From Nitrospira sp. (GTDB taxonomy: Bacteria; Nitrospirota; Nitrospiria; Nitrospirales; Nitrospiraceae), in assembly GCA_024281365.1 (NCBI GenBank), contig JAMXAU010000001.1:1-49069 (forward strand): a stretch of DNA of 49,069 nucleotides, read 5' to 3'. Below, one piece after another: positions 1-8,637 of this stretch; positions within the stretch are counted from its first letter, which is position 1; each line of letters begins with the position of its first letter. The translations under genes were made by a program, and so were the position numbers. The notes below the pieces were generated by a model. That model worked only from the letters and a program-made list of their open reading frames with translations, ran no database searches and was not told the origin of the DNA.

Positions 1-443
1 TCACCGCGTATGTCGTACCGGAAGTGACTATTGCCGCGAACGAATCGCACGGGTGTCTTGTCCCAGCCGGACACCGGCTTGCAACAGACGCGAACGGAGG
101 GGGTGCCGCTGAGCGGCTCAACGATTCGGAAGAGGGCGGTCGGCCGATAGACACGGCCGTACTGTAGAAAACGAGGACAAAAGTCGGTGATTTGGTACGC
201 GTCCCCGTTCGGGAGAGAGACGGTCGTGACCAAGATATTGGTATTGGGGAGGTAATGCTGCTTGGAGGTCGTTTCCGATAGAGGAACGGACGGATCGATC
301 GAAAAATGTCCCCCTTCTTGGTCCAGGATCCTCCCAAAAACCGGGGGGCTATCCGGCCTCGGGAGACAGAGCCAGTCGATCGATCCGTGGGCACTGATCA
401 ACGCCGAAATCTGGCAGTTACCGATGAGGCCGAACTGGTACAC
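1..443 (-). CDS. Glycoside hydrolase family 15 protein (trehalase/glucoamylase-like), 5' part only; runs off the window start
   Basis: Not in the ORF track. Manual translation from GTG at 443 gives (M)YQFGLIGNCQISALISAHGSIDWLCLPRPDSPPVFGRILD...QHYLPNTNILVT...ITDFCPRF, the typical GH15 N-terminus. Lies next to otsA/otsB. Confidence 0.85.
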   Translation of the reverse strand, partial: MYQFGLIGNCQISALISAHGSIDWLCLPRPDSPPVFGRILDQEGGHFSIDPSVPLSETTSKQHYLPNTNILVTTVSLPNGDAYQITDFCPRFLQYGRVYRPTALFRIVEPLSGTPSVRVCCKPVSGWDKTPVRFVRGNSHFRYDIRG

Positions 444-491
444 AGCATGACCATATTTGATTTCTGGGTGAAAGTAAACTAACTTATTTCC

Positions 492-2732
492 ATGAGGCTC
501 TTTGCGCTTTCACTAAGGTTTGTCCTCCCCTTGGTGATCGTGTTGGCCGTGATTGCCTATGGGGTTATTCCGCTCGTCGATTCATTTCAATTGAAATGGT
601 TTGTCCGCGATCTCGATATGCGGTCCAAGCTGATGGTCAGTACGATGGGGGGGCCGCTGGCCGATCTACTGGTTTCCAACTCAAAGGGCAAGATCTCCGT
701 CTACTTTACCCGCATCATTCAAGATGAACGATTGTACGCCCTGGGTTTTTGCGACCTGGAGAACCGACTTCTGTACGAAACTCAGGCGTTCCCGAAGGAT
801 ATCACCTGTCAAGAAATGATGAGTCTCGCGCCAAACTTTTCTACTGTACGCTCGTTCGGTAGCGGACCGCTTCACATCACGTCAGCGACCATCGAATCCA
901 ACGGGCGTCGGCTAGGACGGCTTCTCCTTCTCCACGACATGAGCTTTATCCAGCAGCGGAGTAGCGATACCAAACAATATGCCTTCTATCTGTTCGCCGC
1001 CCTCACGGCGATCATCTCACTGGTGACCTTGCTCATTGCGCATTTCAGCTGGAAAGAGTGGGTGGCCGGAGTGCGGGCAATGGTCAAGGGCGAACGGCTC
1101 TTGACTCCATTGGCGCAGGAGCAACATGCCCCGGAACTTCAACCGCTGGCGAAAGACTTACGCTCGTTGGTAGAGGCGCTTGAAACCGATCGTCGCATGC
1201 GTGATGAAAGCCAGATTTCATGGACGCCGTCTAGCCTCAAGTCGATTCTTCATGAGCAACTTGCCGGCGATCAGGTACTGATTGTCTCTAATCGGCAGCC
1301 CTACGCTCATTTCTGGCAAGGGCAAAGTATCGCGGTGCAGGTGCCGGCGAGTGGACTGGTGTCGGCCCTCGAGCCGGTGATGCGTGCCTGTTCCGGAATC
1401 TGGGTCGCGCACGGAAACGGATCTGCGGATCGGGATGTCGTGGATGAGCGACACCACGTGAGTGTCCCACCCTCGAATCCTACCTATCAAATTCGCCGTG
1501 TGTGGCTGACGGCAGAAGAAGAGGCTGGGTACTACTATGGATTTTCCAATGAGGGGTTATGGCCGCTCTGCCACATCGCGCATGTCCGGCCCACTTTCCG
1601 GTCGTCAGATTGGAAACATTACGTGGCCGTCAACGAGCGGTTTGCCCAGGCCGTGTATGAGGAAGCGACAACGGACAATCCGGTTGTGCTCGTGCAGGAC
1701 TACCATTTTGCCCTCCTTCCGAAGCTCATCAGAGACCGCTTGCCGACCGCCACGATCATCATGTTTTGGCACATCCCTTGGCCGAATGCGGAAAGCTTCG
1801 GGATTTGTCCCTGGCGCGAAGAAATCCTGGAGGGGCTCCTGGGGAGCAGCATTCTGGGGTTCCATACCAGGGTGCATTGCAATAATTTCATCGATAGTGT
1901 CGATCGTATTCTTGAGGCTCGGATCGATCGGAACAGCTCCACGGTGTCTTACGGAGGGAAACTGACCGCCGTCAACCCTTATCCGATCTCCATTGAGTGG
2001 CCTTCGCAATGGATTCGTGATCAACGGCCTGTCCAGGAATGCCGGGCCAGGCTGAGAGAGGCGTACGGGATGCCGGAGGATCGCCTCATCGGCCTGGGGG
2101 TCGAACGGTTGGATTACACGAAGGGCATCCTCGAGCGGTTCATGGCGGTGGAACGCCTGATGGAACTCCAGCCGGAATGGATCGGGAAGTTTACCTTTGT
2201 CCAGATTGCCGCTCCGAGCAGATCCGTCATCGAACAGTATCATCATTTTACCAGCCAAGTCTCTGCGTTGGCCGAGCAGATCAATAAACGCTTTGGTCAT
2301 AGCGGCTATGAGCCGATCTGCCTCCGCATTCAGCACCATGAACCGGCTCAAGTCTATGAGTGTTACCGTGGAGCAGATCTGTGTGTCGTGAGTAGTCTCC
2401 ATGATGGGATGAATCTCGTCGCGAAGGAGTTTGTCGGTGCCCGGGACGATGAGCAAGGGGTGCTGATTCTCAGTCAGTTCACTGGGGCCGCTCGGGAGCT
2501 GACGGAAGCGCTGGTGATCAATCCCTATGACATCGATCAGTTTGCCGCGGCGCTCCATCTTGGCCTGACGATGCCGAAGGTGGAGCAACGGGCCAGGATG
2601 CAGAGCATGCGTGGACTGATCCAAGAGTTCAATGTCTATCGGTGGGCGGGCCGGATGCTCATTGATGCCGCTCGCATGCGGCAAAAAGAACGAGTCATGA
2701 AACAGGTACGACGACCGAGTTTATTGAGCTGA
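492..2732 (+). CDS. otsA: Trehalose-6-phosphate synthase (GT20) with an N-terminal membrane-anchored sensor-like extension of about 240 aa
   Basis: GT20 motifs IVSNR, YYGFSNEGLWPLCH, QDYH, HIPWP, VERLDYTKG, APSR, DGMNLVAKE and LSQFTGAA; followed by otsB. Confidence 0.93.
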   Translation: MRLFALSLRFVLPLVIVLAVIAYGVIPLVDSFQLKWFVRDLDMRSKLMVSTMGGPLADLLVSNSKGKISVYFTRIIQDERLYALGFCDLENRLLYETQAFPKDITCQEMMSLAPNFSTVRSFGSGPLHITSATIESNGRRLGRLLLLHDMSFIQQRSSDTKQYAFYLFAALTAIISLVTLLIAHFSWKEWVAGVRAMVKGERLLTPLAQEQHAPELQPLAKDLRSLVEALETDRRMRDESQISWTPSSLKSILHEQLAGDQVLIVSNRQPYAHFWQGQSIAVQVPASGLVSALEPVMRACSGIWVAHGNGSADRDVVDERHHVSVPPSNPTYQIRRVWLTAEEEAGYYYGFSNEGLWPLCHIAHVRPTFRSSDWKHYVAVNERFAQAVYEEATTDNPVVLVQDYHFALLPKLIRDRLPTATIIMFWHIPWPNAESFGICPWREEILEGLLGSSILGFHTRVHCNNFIDSVDRILEARIDRNSSTVSYGGKLTAVNPYPISIEWPSQWIRDQRPVQECRARLREAYGMPEDRLIGLGVERLDYTKGILERFMAVERLMELQPEWIGKFTFVQIAAPSRSVIEQYHHFTSQVSALAEQINKRFGHSGYEPICLRIQHHEPAQVYECYRGADLCVVSSLHDGMNLVAKEFVGARDDEQGVLILSQFTGAARELTEALVINPYDIDQFAAALHLGLTMPKVEQRARMQSMRGLIQEFNVYRWAGRMLIDAARMRQKERVMKQVRRPSLLS

Positions 2733-2753
2733 TCGAAGGGTATCACAGGCATC

Positions 2754-3587
2754 ATGGATTATCTCTTGACGGAAACAGGCAAGTTGGAGCTGGAGAATCT
2801 TGTGAAGGGGAGGTCGTTATTCGCATTTGATTTTGACGGCACCCTGGCGAAGATCGTTCGAGAGCATCATGCGGCCAGACTGTCACGCCCCATCCGATTC
2901 TGGCTTGAAAAGCTTGCCCAGAGAGCCCCTGCTGCGATTATCTCCGGACGTTCCGTCGAAGATCTGCAATCGCGGGTGGGAACGGTCGTGCCTCACTTGA
3001 TCGGTAACCATGGCTCAGAAGGTCCTCATACGCGGGAAGAGGATCGGCAACAAGTACGAGAGACCTGTCGGGCCTGGTTGCAGTCGGTTACCGACCGGTT
3101 TCACGACGAACTGGCGCACTGCGGGGTGTCTATTGAGAATAAGTCCTATTCGCTCTCCTTTCACTATCGAACCGTCGAACATCGAGAGGAGGCTCGGGTG
3201 CTGATCACTCGAGTGATTGGAGAGTTGTCTCCACCTCCGCGTATCGTTCTCGGGAAATCTGTCGTCAATGTGATGCCGCCGACGGCTTCACATAAAGGGA
3301 CGGCATTACTGGAGTACATGCGTCGGCTTGATTGTTCCCTGGCGCTCTATGTGGGGGATGACGAAACCGATGAAGATGTCTTTGCGCTACGAGATTCCCG
3401 CATCCTGACGGTGAGGGTCGGGAAGAAGAACGGGTCGTCTGCTCGTTATTTTCTGAAAAGACAGGCAGAAATCACCGCGGTACTTCGCTTCCTGGTCGAG
3501 GGCGGCAATCACGGCCTTCATACTTGGAGCGGGTGTCATGACCAGGGAGTTTCCAGGCCTGCACAGCGTCCCAACGAGCCAGTCTAG
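2754..3587 (+). CDS. otsB: Trehalose-6-phosphate phosphatase (HAD family)
   Basis: HAD motifs FDFDGTL, ISGR, GNHGSE, FHYR, KG and GDDETDEDVF; 21 bp after otsA. Confidence 0.93.
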   Translation: MDYLLTETGKLELENLVKGRSLFAFDFDGTLAKIVREHHAARLSRPIRFWLEKLAQRAPAAIISGRSVEDLQSRVGTVVPHLIGNHGSEGPHTREEDRQQVRETCRAWLQSVTDRFHDELAHCGVSIENKSYSLSFHYRTVEHREEARVLITRVIGELSPPPRIVLGKSVVNVMPPTASHKGTALLEYMRRLDCSLALYVGDDETDEDVFALRDSRILTVRVGKKNGSSARYFLKRQAEITAVLRFLVEGGNHGLHTWSGCHDQGVSRPAQRPNEPV

Positions 3588-3599
3588 CGAAACCCATCC

Positions 3600-5147
3600 T
3601 CATTCAACCAATTGCGATCGCTCTCGTCCAAGAAGCAGATCATAGGGGGCGAAATCGTCGCTCAGTACCACACCTTGAGGCCAGGGATCGGTCCGTCGCG
3701 TATTCAATAGCGCGATTGTTTCCATCGGCAATTGCTGTTTCATGGCCGCCTCGGTAATCTTCGAAAGGGTCTGATCTGCCGAGGCCTGTTCAATGAAACG
3801 GCCTCCAAAGAACACCAAGTTCTTCGCGGGAGACATGCCTGTCTTCCACGGTCCTTCCACCGCAAAGCTTTCCAAGGCTGGAAAGGCCTGTTTCATCGTC
3901 TGCACGACCGCGGACGCGCGGGCGAGATCCCCTTCTTTCCCGGACGAGGCCAGGTTGACTGCAACAATACCGTCTGGATTCAGGTGTGCCCGTACCAGCG
4001 CATAGAACTCCGCTGTTGTCAGATGAAACGGGATCATGTCTCGGGCGAAGGCGTCAATCCACATGAGATCGTACGTCTGATCCGTCGCGTTCAGAAAGGC
4101 TCGACCGTCTTTCACAACGACATGATGATTGGCCGGAGGGTGGTACTCAAAATACTGTTCGGCCATGCGGACCACCACCGGGTCGAACTCCACGATATCC
4201 AGCTCCAATGTGGGCCATCGTTGTGCCAACCACTTCGCTATTGAACCGCCACCATGACCGATGATGAGGCCGCGTTTTGGTTCGGACACCAATGCCAGCG
4301 ACGCGACCATCATTTGGCTGTACGGAAGAAAGAGAGAAACCGGTTCGACTTTCCACATGGTGGCGTGAAATGTCCGGTCCAAGACGAGATAGCGGAACAG
4401 CGCATCCTCACGAATGCGGACTTGCTGGTACGGACTTTCCTCTTGATGGATGGGGGCTCTGAGTCGTTGAATGGGGTGGAGAGCCAGCATCCCCAGTAGC
4501 GCGATGCAGCCAATCGCAATCAACGGCGCCAGCGGGCGAGTAGGTGTTCCTTTCATCAGCCACAGGACCCCAAGTCCGACCTGGATGCCGCCCAGCCAGG
4601 CAAGGAGCGATTGGCTTCCAAGCCACGACAACAGGAAGAAGGCGGTTCCCCAGGTGCCGGCCAGACTCCCCACGGTCGAGAGGGCGATCATGCGGCCCGT
4701 CTGTCGGCCGAGGTGATTCATGTCGGCCACGGCCAATCGTAACATGGCCGGTAAGACACCGCTGAGGCCGAATGCGGGGGGAGCAAGAAGGACGCTTGCG
4801 GCGAGACAGGGGCCCCACCGGGGGTCCTGCACCAGCTTTTCGATCTCGAAGAGCATAGGCTGGTTCGTCCATGCGACGAGAAATGTCCATCCTCCGGAAA
4901 ACAGTAATAAAGCCGCCAGGACCCGTCCGCTGGTATACCGATCGGAGACCCATCCGCCGAACGCATAGCCGCTGCTCATCGCGGCGAGAATCACCCCGAT
5001 CAACGCGCCCCACACGAACAATGAACTGCCGAACACAGGAGCCAGCAGCCGACTTCCTAAAATTTCCAACGCCATGACGACCGCCCCGGTGATGAGGGCA
5101 GTGCCGAGCAAGAACCAGCGTGGAATGTGAGGCGGATGAAGCGTCAT
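3600..5147 (-). CDS. Fused membrane (MFS-like) / spermidine synthase-like SAM-dependent protein
   Basis: About seven N-terminal hydrophobic helices (GAVVMALEILGSRLLAPVFG), then IIGHGGGS, VEFDPVV, DGRAFL, YDLMWIDAF and L.PDG motifs. Confidence 0.85.
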   Translation of the reverse strand: MTLHPPHIPRWFLLGTALITGAVVMALEILGSRLLAPVFGSSLFVWGALIGVILAAMSSGYAFGGWVSDRYTSGRVLAALLLFSGGWTFLVAWTNQPMLFEIEKLVQDPRWGPCLAASVLLAPPAFGLSGVLPAMLRLAVADMNHLGRQTGRMIALSTVGSLAGTWGTAFFLLSWLGSQSLLAWLGGIQVGLGVLWLMKGTPTRPLAPLIAIGCIALLGMLALHPIQRLRAPIHQEESPYQQVRIREDALFRYLVLDRTFHATMWKVEPVSLFLPYSQMMVASLALVSEPKRGLIIGHGGGSIAKWLAQRWPTLELDIVEFDPVVVRMAEQYFEYHPPANHHVVVKDGRAFLNATDQTYDLMWIDAFARDMIPFHLTTAEFYALVRAHLNPDGIVAVNLASSGKEGDLARASAVVQTMKQAFPALESFAVEGPWKTGMSPAKNLVFFGGRFIEQASADQTLSKITEAAMKQQLPMETIALLNTRRTDPWPQGVVLSDDFAPYDLLLGRERSQLVE

Positions 5148-5203
5148 CGATTGGACGGGAGTCTGAGAGCCCTTCTCCTGAGTTGAGTTGGAAGCGGCGT
5201 CGG

Positions 5204-5233
5204 ATTGTACTCAACGTATTTTGTGAGAGTCAA
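5204..5233 (-). promoter_or_regulatory. Candidate sigma70 promoter for the spermidine-synthase-like gene
   Basis: TTGACT-N18-TACAAT on the minus strand, about 57 bp upstream of the start codon. Confidence 0.5.
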
Positions 5234-5277
5234 CGAAGGTCGACGGGCATTCAGCTGCGGGCTGATCATTGAATTCA

Positions 5278-5306
5278 TTGCCCGAAGCGGTTCAGGTTGT
5301 TATACT
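5278..5306 (+). promoter_or_regulatory. Candidate sigma70 promoter for ugd
   Basis: TTGCCC-N17-TATACT with an extended TG; AAGGAGG RBS downstream, before ATG 5343. Confidence 0.5.
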
Positions 5307-5342
5307 TTTGAACAAATTCCTTAGGGCGAAGGAGGACGGGGC

Positions 5343-6662
5343 ATGCATATTAGTGTGATCGGAACCGGCTACGTTGGACTGGTGACGGGGGCTTGTTTTG
5401 CTGAGTTTGGGGTGAATGTCACCTGCATGGATAACGACAGCCGAAGGATCGAGAAGCTTAAGAAGGGGGAAATCCCGTTTTTTGAGCCGGGGGTGGCGGA
5501 ACTTGTTGCGAAGGGGAGCAGGGAAGGCCGGTTGAATTTTACGACGGATATTGCTCAGGCTGTGGACAAGGCGCTGGCGATTTTCATCGCCGTGGGCACT
5601 CCACCAAGCCCGGATGGTAGCGCCGACTTGTCGTTCGTCAAAGAAGTGGGGAGAGGCATTGCTCTCCATATGAACAGTTACAAAGTGATTGTCACCAAGT
5701 CAACGGTGCCGGTAGGGACCGGCGAAGCGATTCGTGAAGTCGTGAAAAAAGCCCAGAAAACGCCGATCCGGTTCGACATGGTCTCGAATCCTGAATTTCT
5801 TCGAGAGGGATCGGCCATTGAGGATTTTATGCGGCCGAATCGCGTGGTTATCGGCGCAGATAGTGATCAAGCGGTCGCTATTATGAAGGATCTCTATCGG
5901 CCGCTCTACCTGATTGAAACACCGATCGTCGTGACGGATGTGCCGACGGCCGAACTGATCAAATATGCGTCCAATGCGTTCCTGGCGACGAAGATTTCGT
6001 TCATCAACGAGATCGCCAATCTGTGCGAGAAGGTTGGAGCCAACGTGCAATTGGTAGCGAAGGGGATGGGATTGGATCATCGCATCGGGTCCAAGTTTCT
6101 CCATGCGGGTCCCGGATTTGGAGGGTCATGCTTCCCGAAAGATTTGGCGGCGCTCATTCAAACCGGTGAACGCAACGGATATCCGATGCAGATTGCCTCC
6201 GCGGCTTCGCATGTCAACGATGTCCAACGGGGGCGGATGGTCGAAAAGATTCGGGATGCCGTCGGCGGATTGAAAGGGAAAACATTGGCGTTCCTCGGCC
6301 TGTCGTTCAAACCCAACACAAACGATCTCCGGGAAGCCCCGGCGTTAGCGATCGGGCGAGAACTTGTGGGTGAAGGTGCAAGCATTCGTGCCTATGATCC
6401 AGAAGCGCTTACGGAGGCCTGTCAGATGATGCCGGAACTCAAACCCTGTCAGGATGCCTACCATGCGGCGGAAGGGGCAGATGCCTTGGTGATCATGACG
6501 GAATGGAACGTCTTCAGAAACCTCGATTTTGAGAAACTGAAGTCCGCCATGCGTGCGCCGCTGTTGATCGACCTTCGGAACGTCTATGACCCTGAGCGAG
6601 TGACTGCTGCAGGCTTTAGGCATGTGTCGGTGGGACGAGCAGCCTACAGTCCGAAGGGGTAG
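5343..6662 (+). CDS. ugd: UDP-glucose 6-dehydrogenase
   Basis: GTGYVG Rossmann motif, AVGTP, KSTVPVGT, NPEFLREG, KYASNAFLA, GFGGSCFPKD and FKPNTNDLRE. Confidence 0.93.
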   Translation: MHISVIGTGYVGLVTGACFAEFGVNVTCMDNDSRRIEKLKKGEIPFFEPGVAELVAKGSREGRLNFTTDIAQAVDKALAIFIAVGTPPSPDGSADLSFVKEVGRGIALHMNSYKVIVTKSTVPVGTGEAIREVVKKAQKTPIRFDMVSNPEFLREGSAIEDFMRPNRVVIGADSDQAVAIMKDLYRPLYLIETPIVVTDVPTAELIKYASNAFLATKISFINEIANLCEKVGANVQLVAKGMGLDHRIGSKFLHAGPGFGGSCFPKDLAALIQTGERNGYPMQIASAASHVNDVQRGRMVEKIRDAVGGLKGKTLAFLGLSFKPNTNDLREAPALAIGRELVGEGASIRAYDPEALTEACQMMPELKPCQDAYHAAEGADALVIMTEWNVFRNLDFEKLKSAMRAPLLIDLRNVYDPERVTAAGFRHVSVGRAAYSPKG

Positions 6663-6810
6663 GGGTTGGAGGGATTGTGTGAGAGCTATTGAGATACAAC
6701 GCTCGTGGCAGTAAGAAGCAGCCGCAGTATCCTAACAGTGTGTTGATAAACCCTGTGCTGTTTTCCAAATAGATCCGTGCGGATGGTACCAGACCTGATT
6801 GAAATGCCCC

Positions 6811-6938
6811 GCAGGCTGTTCAGAAAGGCCGTCCAGTAAGGCCGCAGCGAGTGAAGAGGCGAGAGTCGTGCTCTGTGTCGTACGTTGAGCTTCTGAGCGA
6901 CGTGAGAACGCGGCTGGCGGCCTTGCTCAGCAGCCTGC
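6811..6938. repeat. MITE-like non-autonomous element (128 bp) with imperfect terminal inverted repeats
   Basis: GCAGGCTGTTCAGAAAGGCC (6811-6830) matches the reverse complement of 6919-6938 (GCAGGCTGCTGAGCAAGGCC) at 17/20. Related ends recur near 12352 and 30293. Confidence 0.7.
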
Positions 6939-7545
6939 TAAGCGGATATTTTGTCGTGGCCTTGGTGGGGGAGGCCTACATCCGCTGACTAGGGCCTGTT
7001 AACACTACCGTATGCCATCCACGATCAACGCGAAGGTGATGAACGCGAGAAACATGACATCGAGTTTGTCAAACCGCGAGAAGAGGCGCCGAAATCCTTT
7101 AAGCCGGCGGAACAACCGTTCGATCTCATTGCGGCGCTTATAGAGGACTTGATCATAGTCCCAGGGGGCCCGTCGGTTGTGCTTGGGCGGCACCACCGGC
7201 ACATACCCAAGCTCCACGGCCAGCTGTCGGGTCTCATCGCCTTCATACGCCCGATCCATCAACAAAGGGATTGGGCAGGGCCTTTTCCCCAAGCGCTGCA
7301 GCAGCGTACGCCCCTCTGGGGCATCGTGGGCCTGGCCTGGCGTCAGGGCCGTTCGAGCATCCGCGGCAACCAGATGAATCTTGGTGGTCCACCCACCACG
7401 CGACCGGCCGATGGCTTGCGGGCCGTTTTTTTTAACGCCCCTGTCCCATCCGGATGGACCTTGACGATGGTGCTGTCCAACGCGACGGCTTCGAGCTGCA
7501 CGCGGATGATCTGAGCCTGTTGCAATTGGGCAAAGACGCGATCTA

Positions 7546-8387
7546 GGCTCAGGACTCATTCTTTCAGATAAAAGATGACGGTTGCGGCAAGACAGATTGC
7601 CGAGAAAAAGGTGTGGGCACAGCGATCATACCGCATGGCGATGCGGCGCCAGTCCTTGATCCGGCCAAACATAATCTCGACTTTGTGGCGCTGCTTGTAG
7701 AGGGTTTTACTGTAGCGGCGCCGTTTCTTGCGGTTCTTGCGCGGCGGGATGCACGGTGTGATCCCCTGCTTCTTCAAGGCGGCGATGAACCAATCGGCAT
7801 CATAGCCGCGGTCGGCAATCAGCTGTTTCGCGTGGGAAAGGCTGGGCAGGAGGCATCGGGCGCCCGTGTAATCGCTGGCGTGTCCTGCTGTCAGCAACAG
7901 GTGCACGGGTTTACCCGTCTCATCGCACACGGCGTGCAGCTTCGAATTCAGACCCCCTTTTGTGCGGCCAATACAGCGCGGAGCTGCCCCCTTTTGAGTA
8001 GGCTGGCCGCCGTGCGGTGGGCCTTCAGATGGGTCGCGTCAATCATCAGACAGTCTCTGGGCCCGGGTTGTCGCGCCAATTCGCGGAAGATCTTGTTGAA
8101 GATCCCCGCCCGACTCCAGCGCACAAACCGGTTGTAGAGCGTCTTGTACGGCCCATACGCGTTGGGGGCATCTTTCCATTGCAGGCCACCCCGGATGACA
8201 TAGATAATCCCGCTAAGCACCCGGCGATCATCCACACGCGGGACACCGTGCGACACTGGGAAGTAGGGCTTGATTCGGTTCAACTGCTGCTTGGTTAACA
8301 GAAACACATCACCCATGGCCACCTCCAGCCAAAGTGAAGCACAAATCATGGGCTGAGGAAACCCTCAAACTTAATGAGTCCTGAGCC
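7546..8387 (-). mobile_element. Inner IS5-family (IS427-like) insertion sequence, 842 bp, apparently intact
   Basis: Perfect inverted ends CTAGGCTCAGGACTCATT (7543-7560) and AATGAGTCCTGAGCCTAG (8373-8390); inserted at a CTAG inside the outer transposase. Confidence 0.93.
7556..8316 (-). CDS. Transposase of the inner IS, orfA (8316-7948) and orfB (to 7556) joined by a probable -1 frameshift
   Basis: orfA: DDRRVLSGIIYV, WKDAP..YGPYKTLYNRFVRWS, IDATHLKAHR. Slippery AAAAGGGGG near 7987-7995. The shifted frame reads CIGRTKGGLNSKLHAVCD...ADRGYD...YKQRHKVEIMF. Confidence 0.9.
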
Positions 8388-8637
8388 TAGCACGCCGCTC
8401 TTCGCCCACCGGTTCATGCGCGTATAGATCGTGTGCCAGTTCCCGAACCGTTTGGGGAGGCCGCGCCATTTGCAGCCGTGTTCGGCGACGTACAAGATTG
8501 CGTTCAGGACCTGCAGATTGTCGAGCGTGACGTTGCCGCGCTGGGTCGGCAAGCAGCGTTCGATGTGACGATACTGTGCCTCGGTGAGTTCCATGTCCGC
8601 AGTCTCGCAGAAACAGGCTTAGTAGTGTTAACAGGCC

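Larger units (their letters stand above)
7005..8594 (-). pseudogene. Transposase of the outer IS (orfA/orfB with programmed frameshift), disrupted by the inner IS
   Basis: orfA MELTEAQY...WRGLPKRFGNWHTIYTRMNRWAKSGVL resumes after the insert as DRVFAQLQQAQ...LDSTIVKVHPDG. A8 slippery run at 7426-7433. orfB has GRSRGGWTTKIH...DRAYE...YKRRNEIERLF. Confidence 0.9.

Noticed and set aside
262-450. 62-aa plus-strand ORF
   Set aside because: Antisense shadow of the GH15 gene, which has recognisable motifs on the minus strand.
1605-2684. 359-aa minus-strand ORF
   Set aside because: Antisense shadow of otsA with no motifs; long shadow ORFs are common in GC-rich coding DNA. The same applies to 4408-5214, 15494-16279, 17444-18226, 41693-42421 and 45214-46020.
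7434-7559. N-terminal part of the 184-aa ORF 7005-7559 as a real protein start
   Set aside because: It begins inside the inner IS terminal repeat; only the part after the A8 slippery site is transposase orfB.
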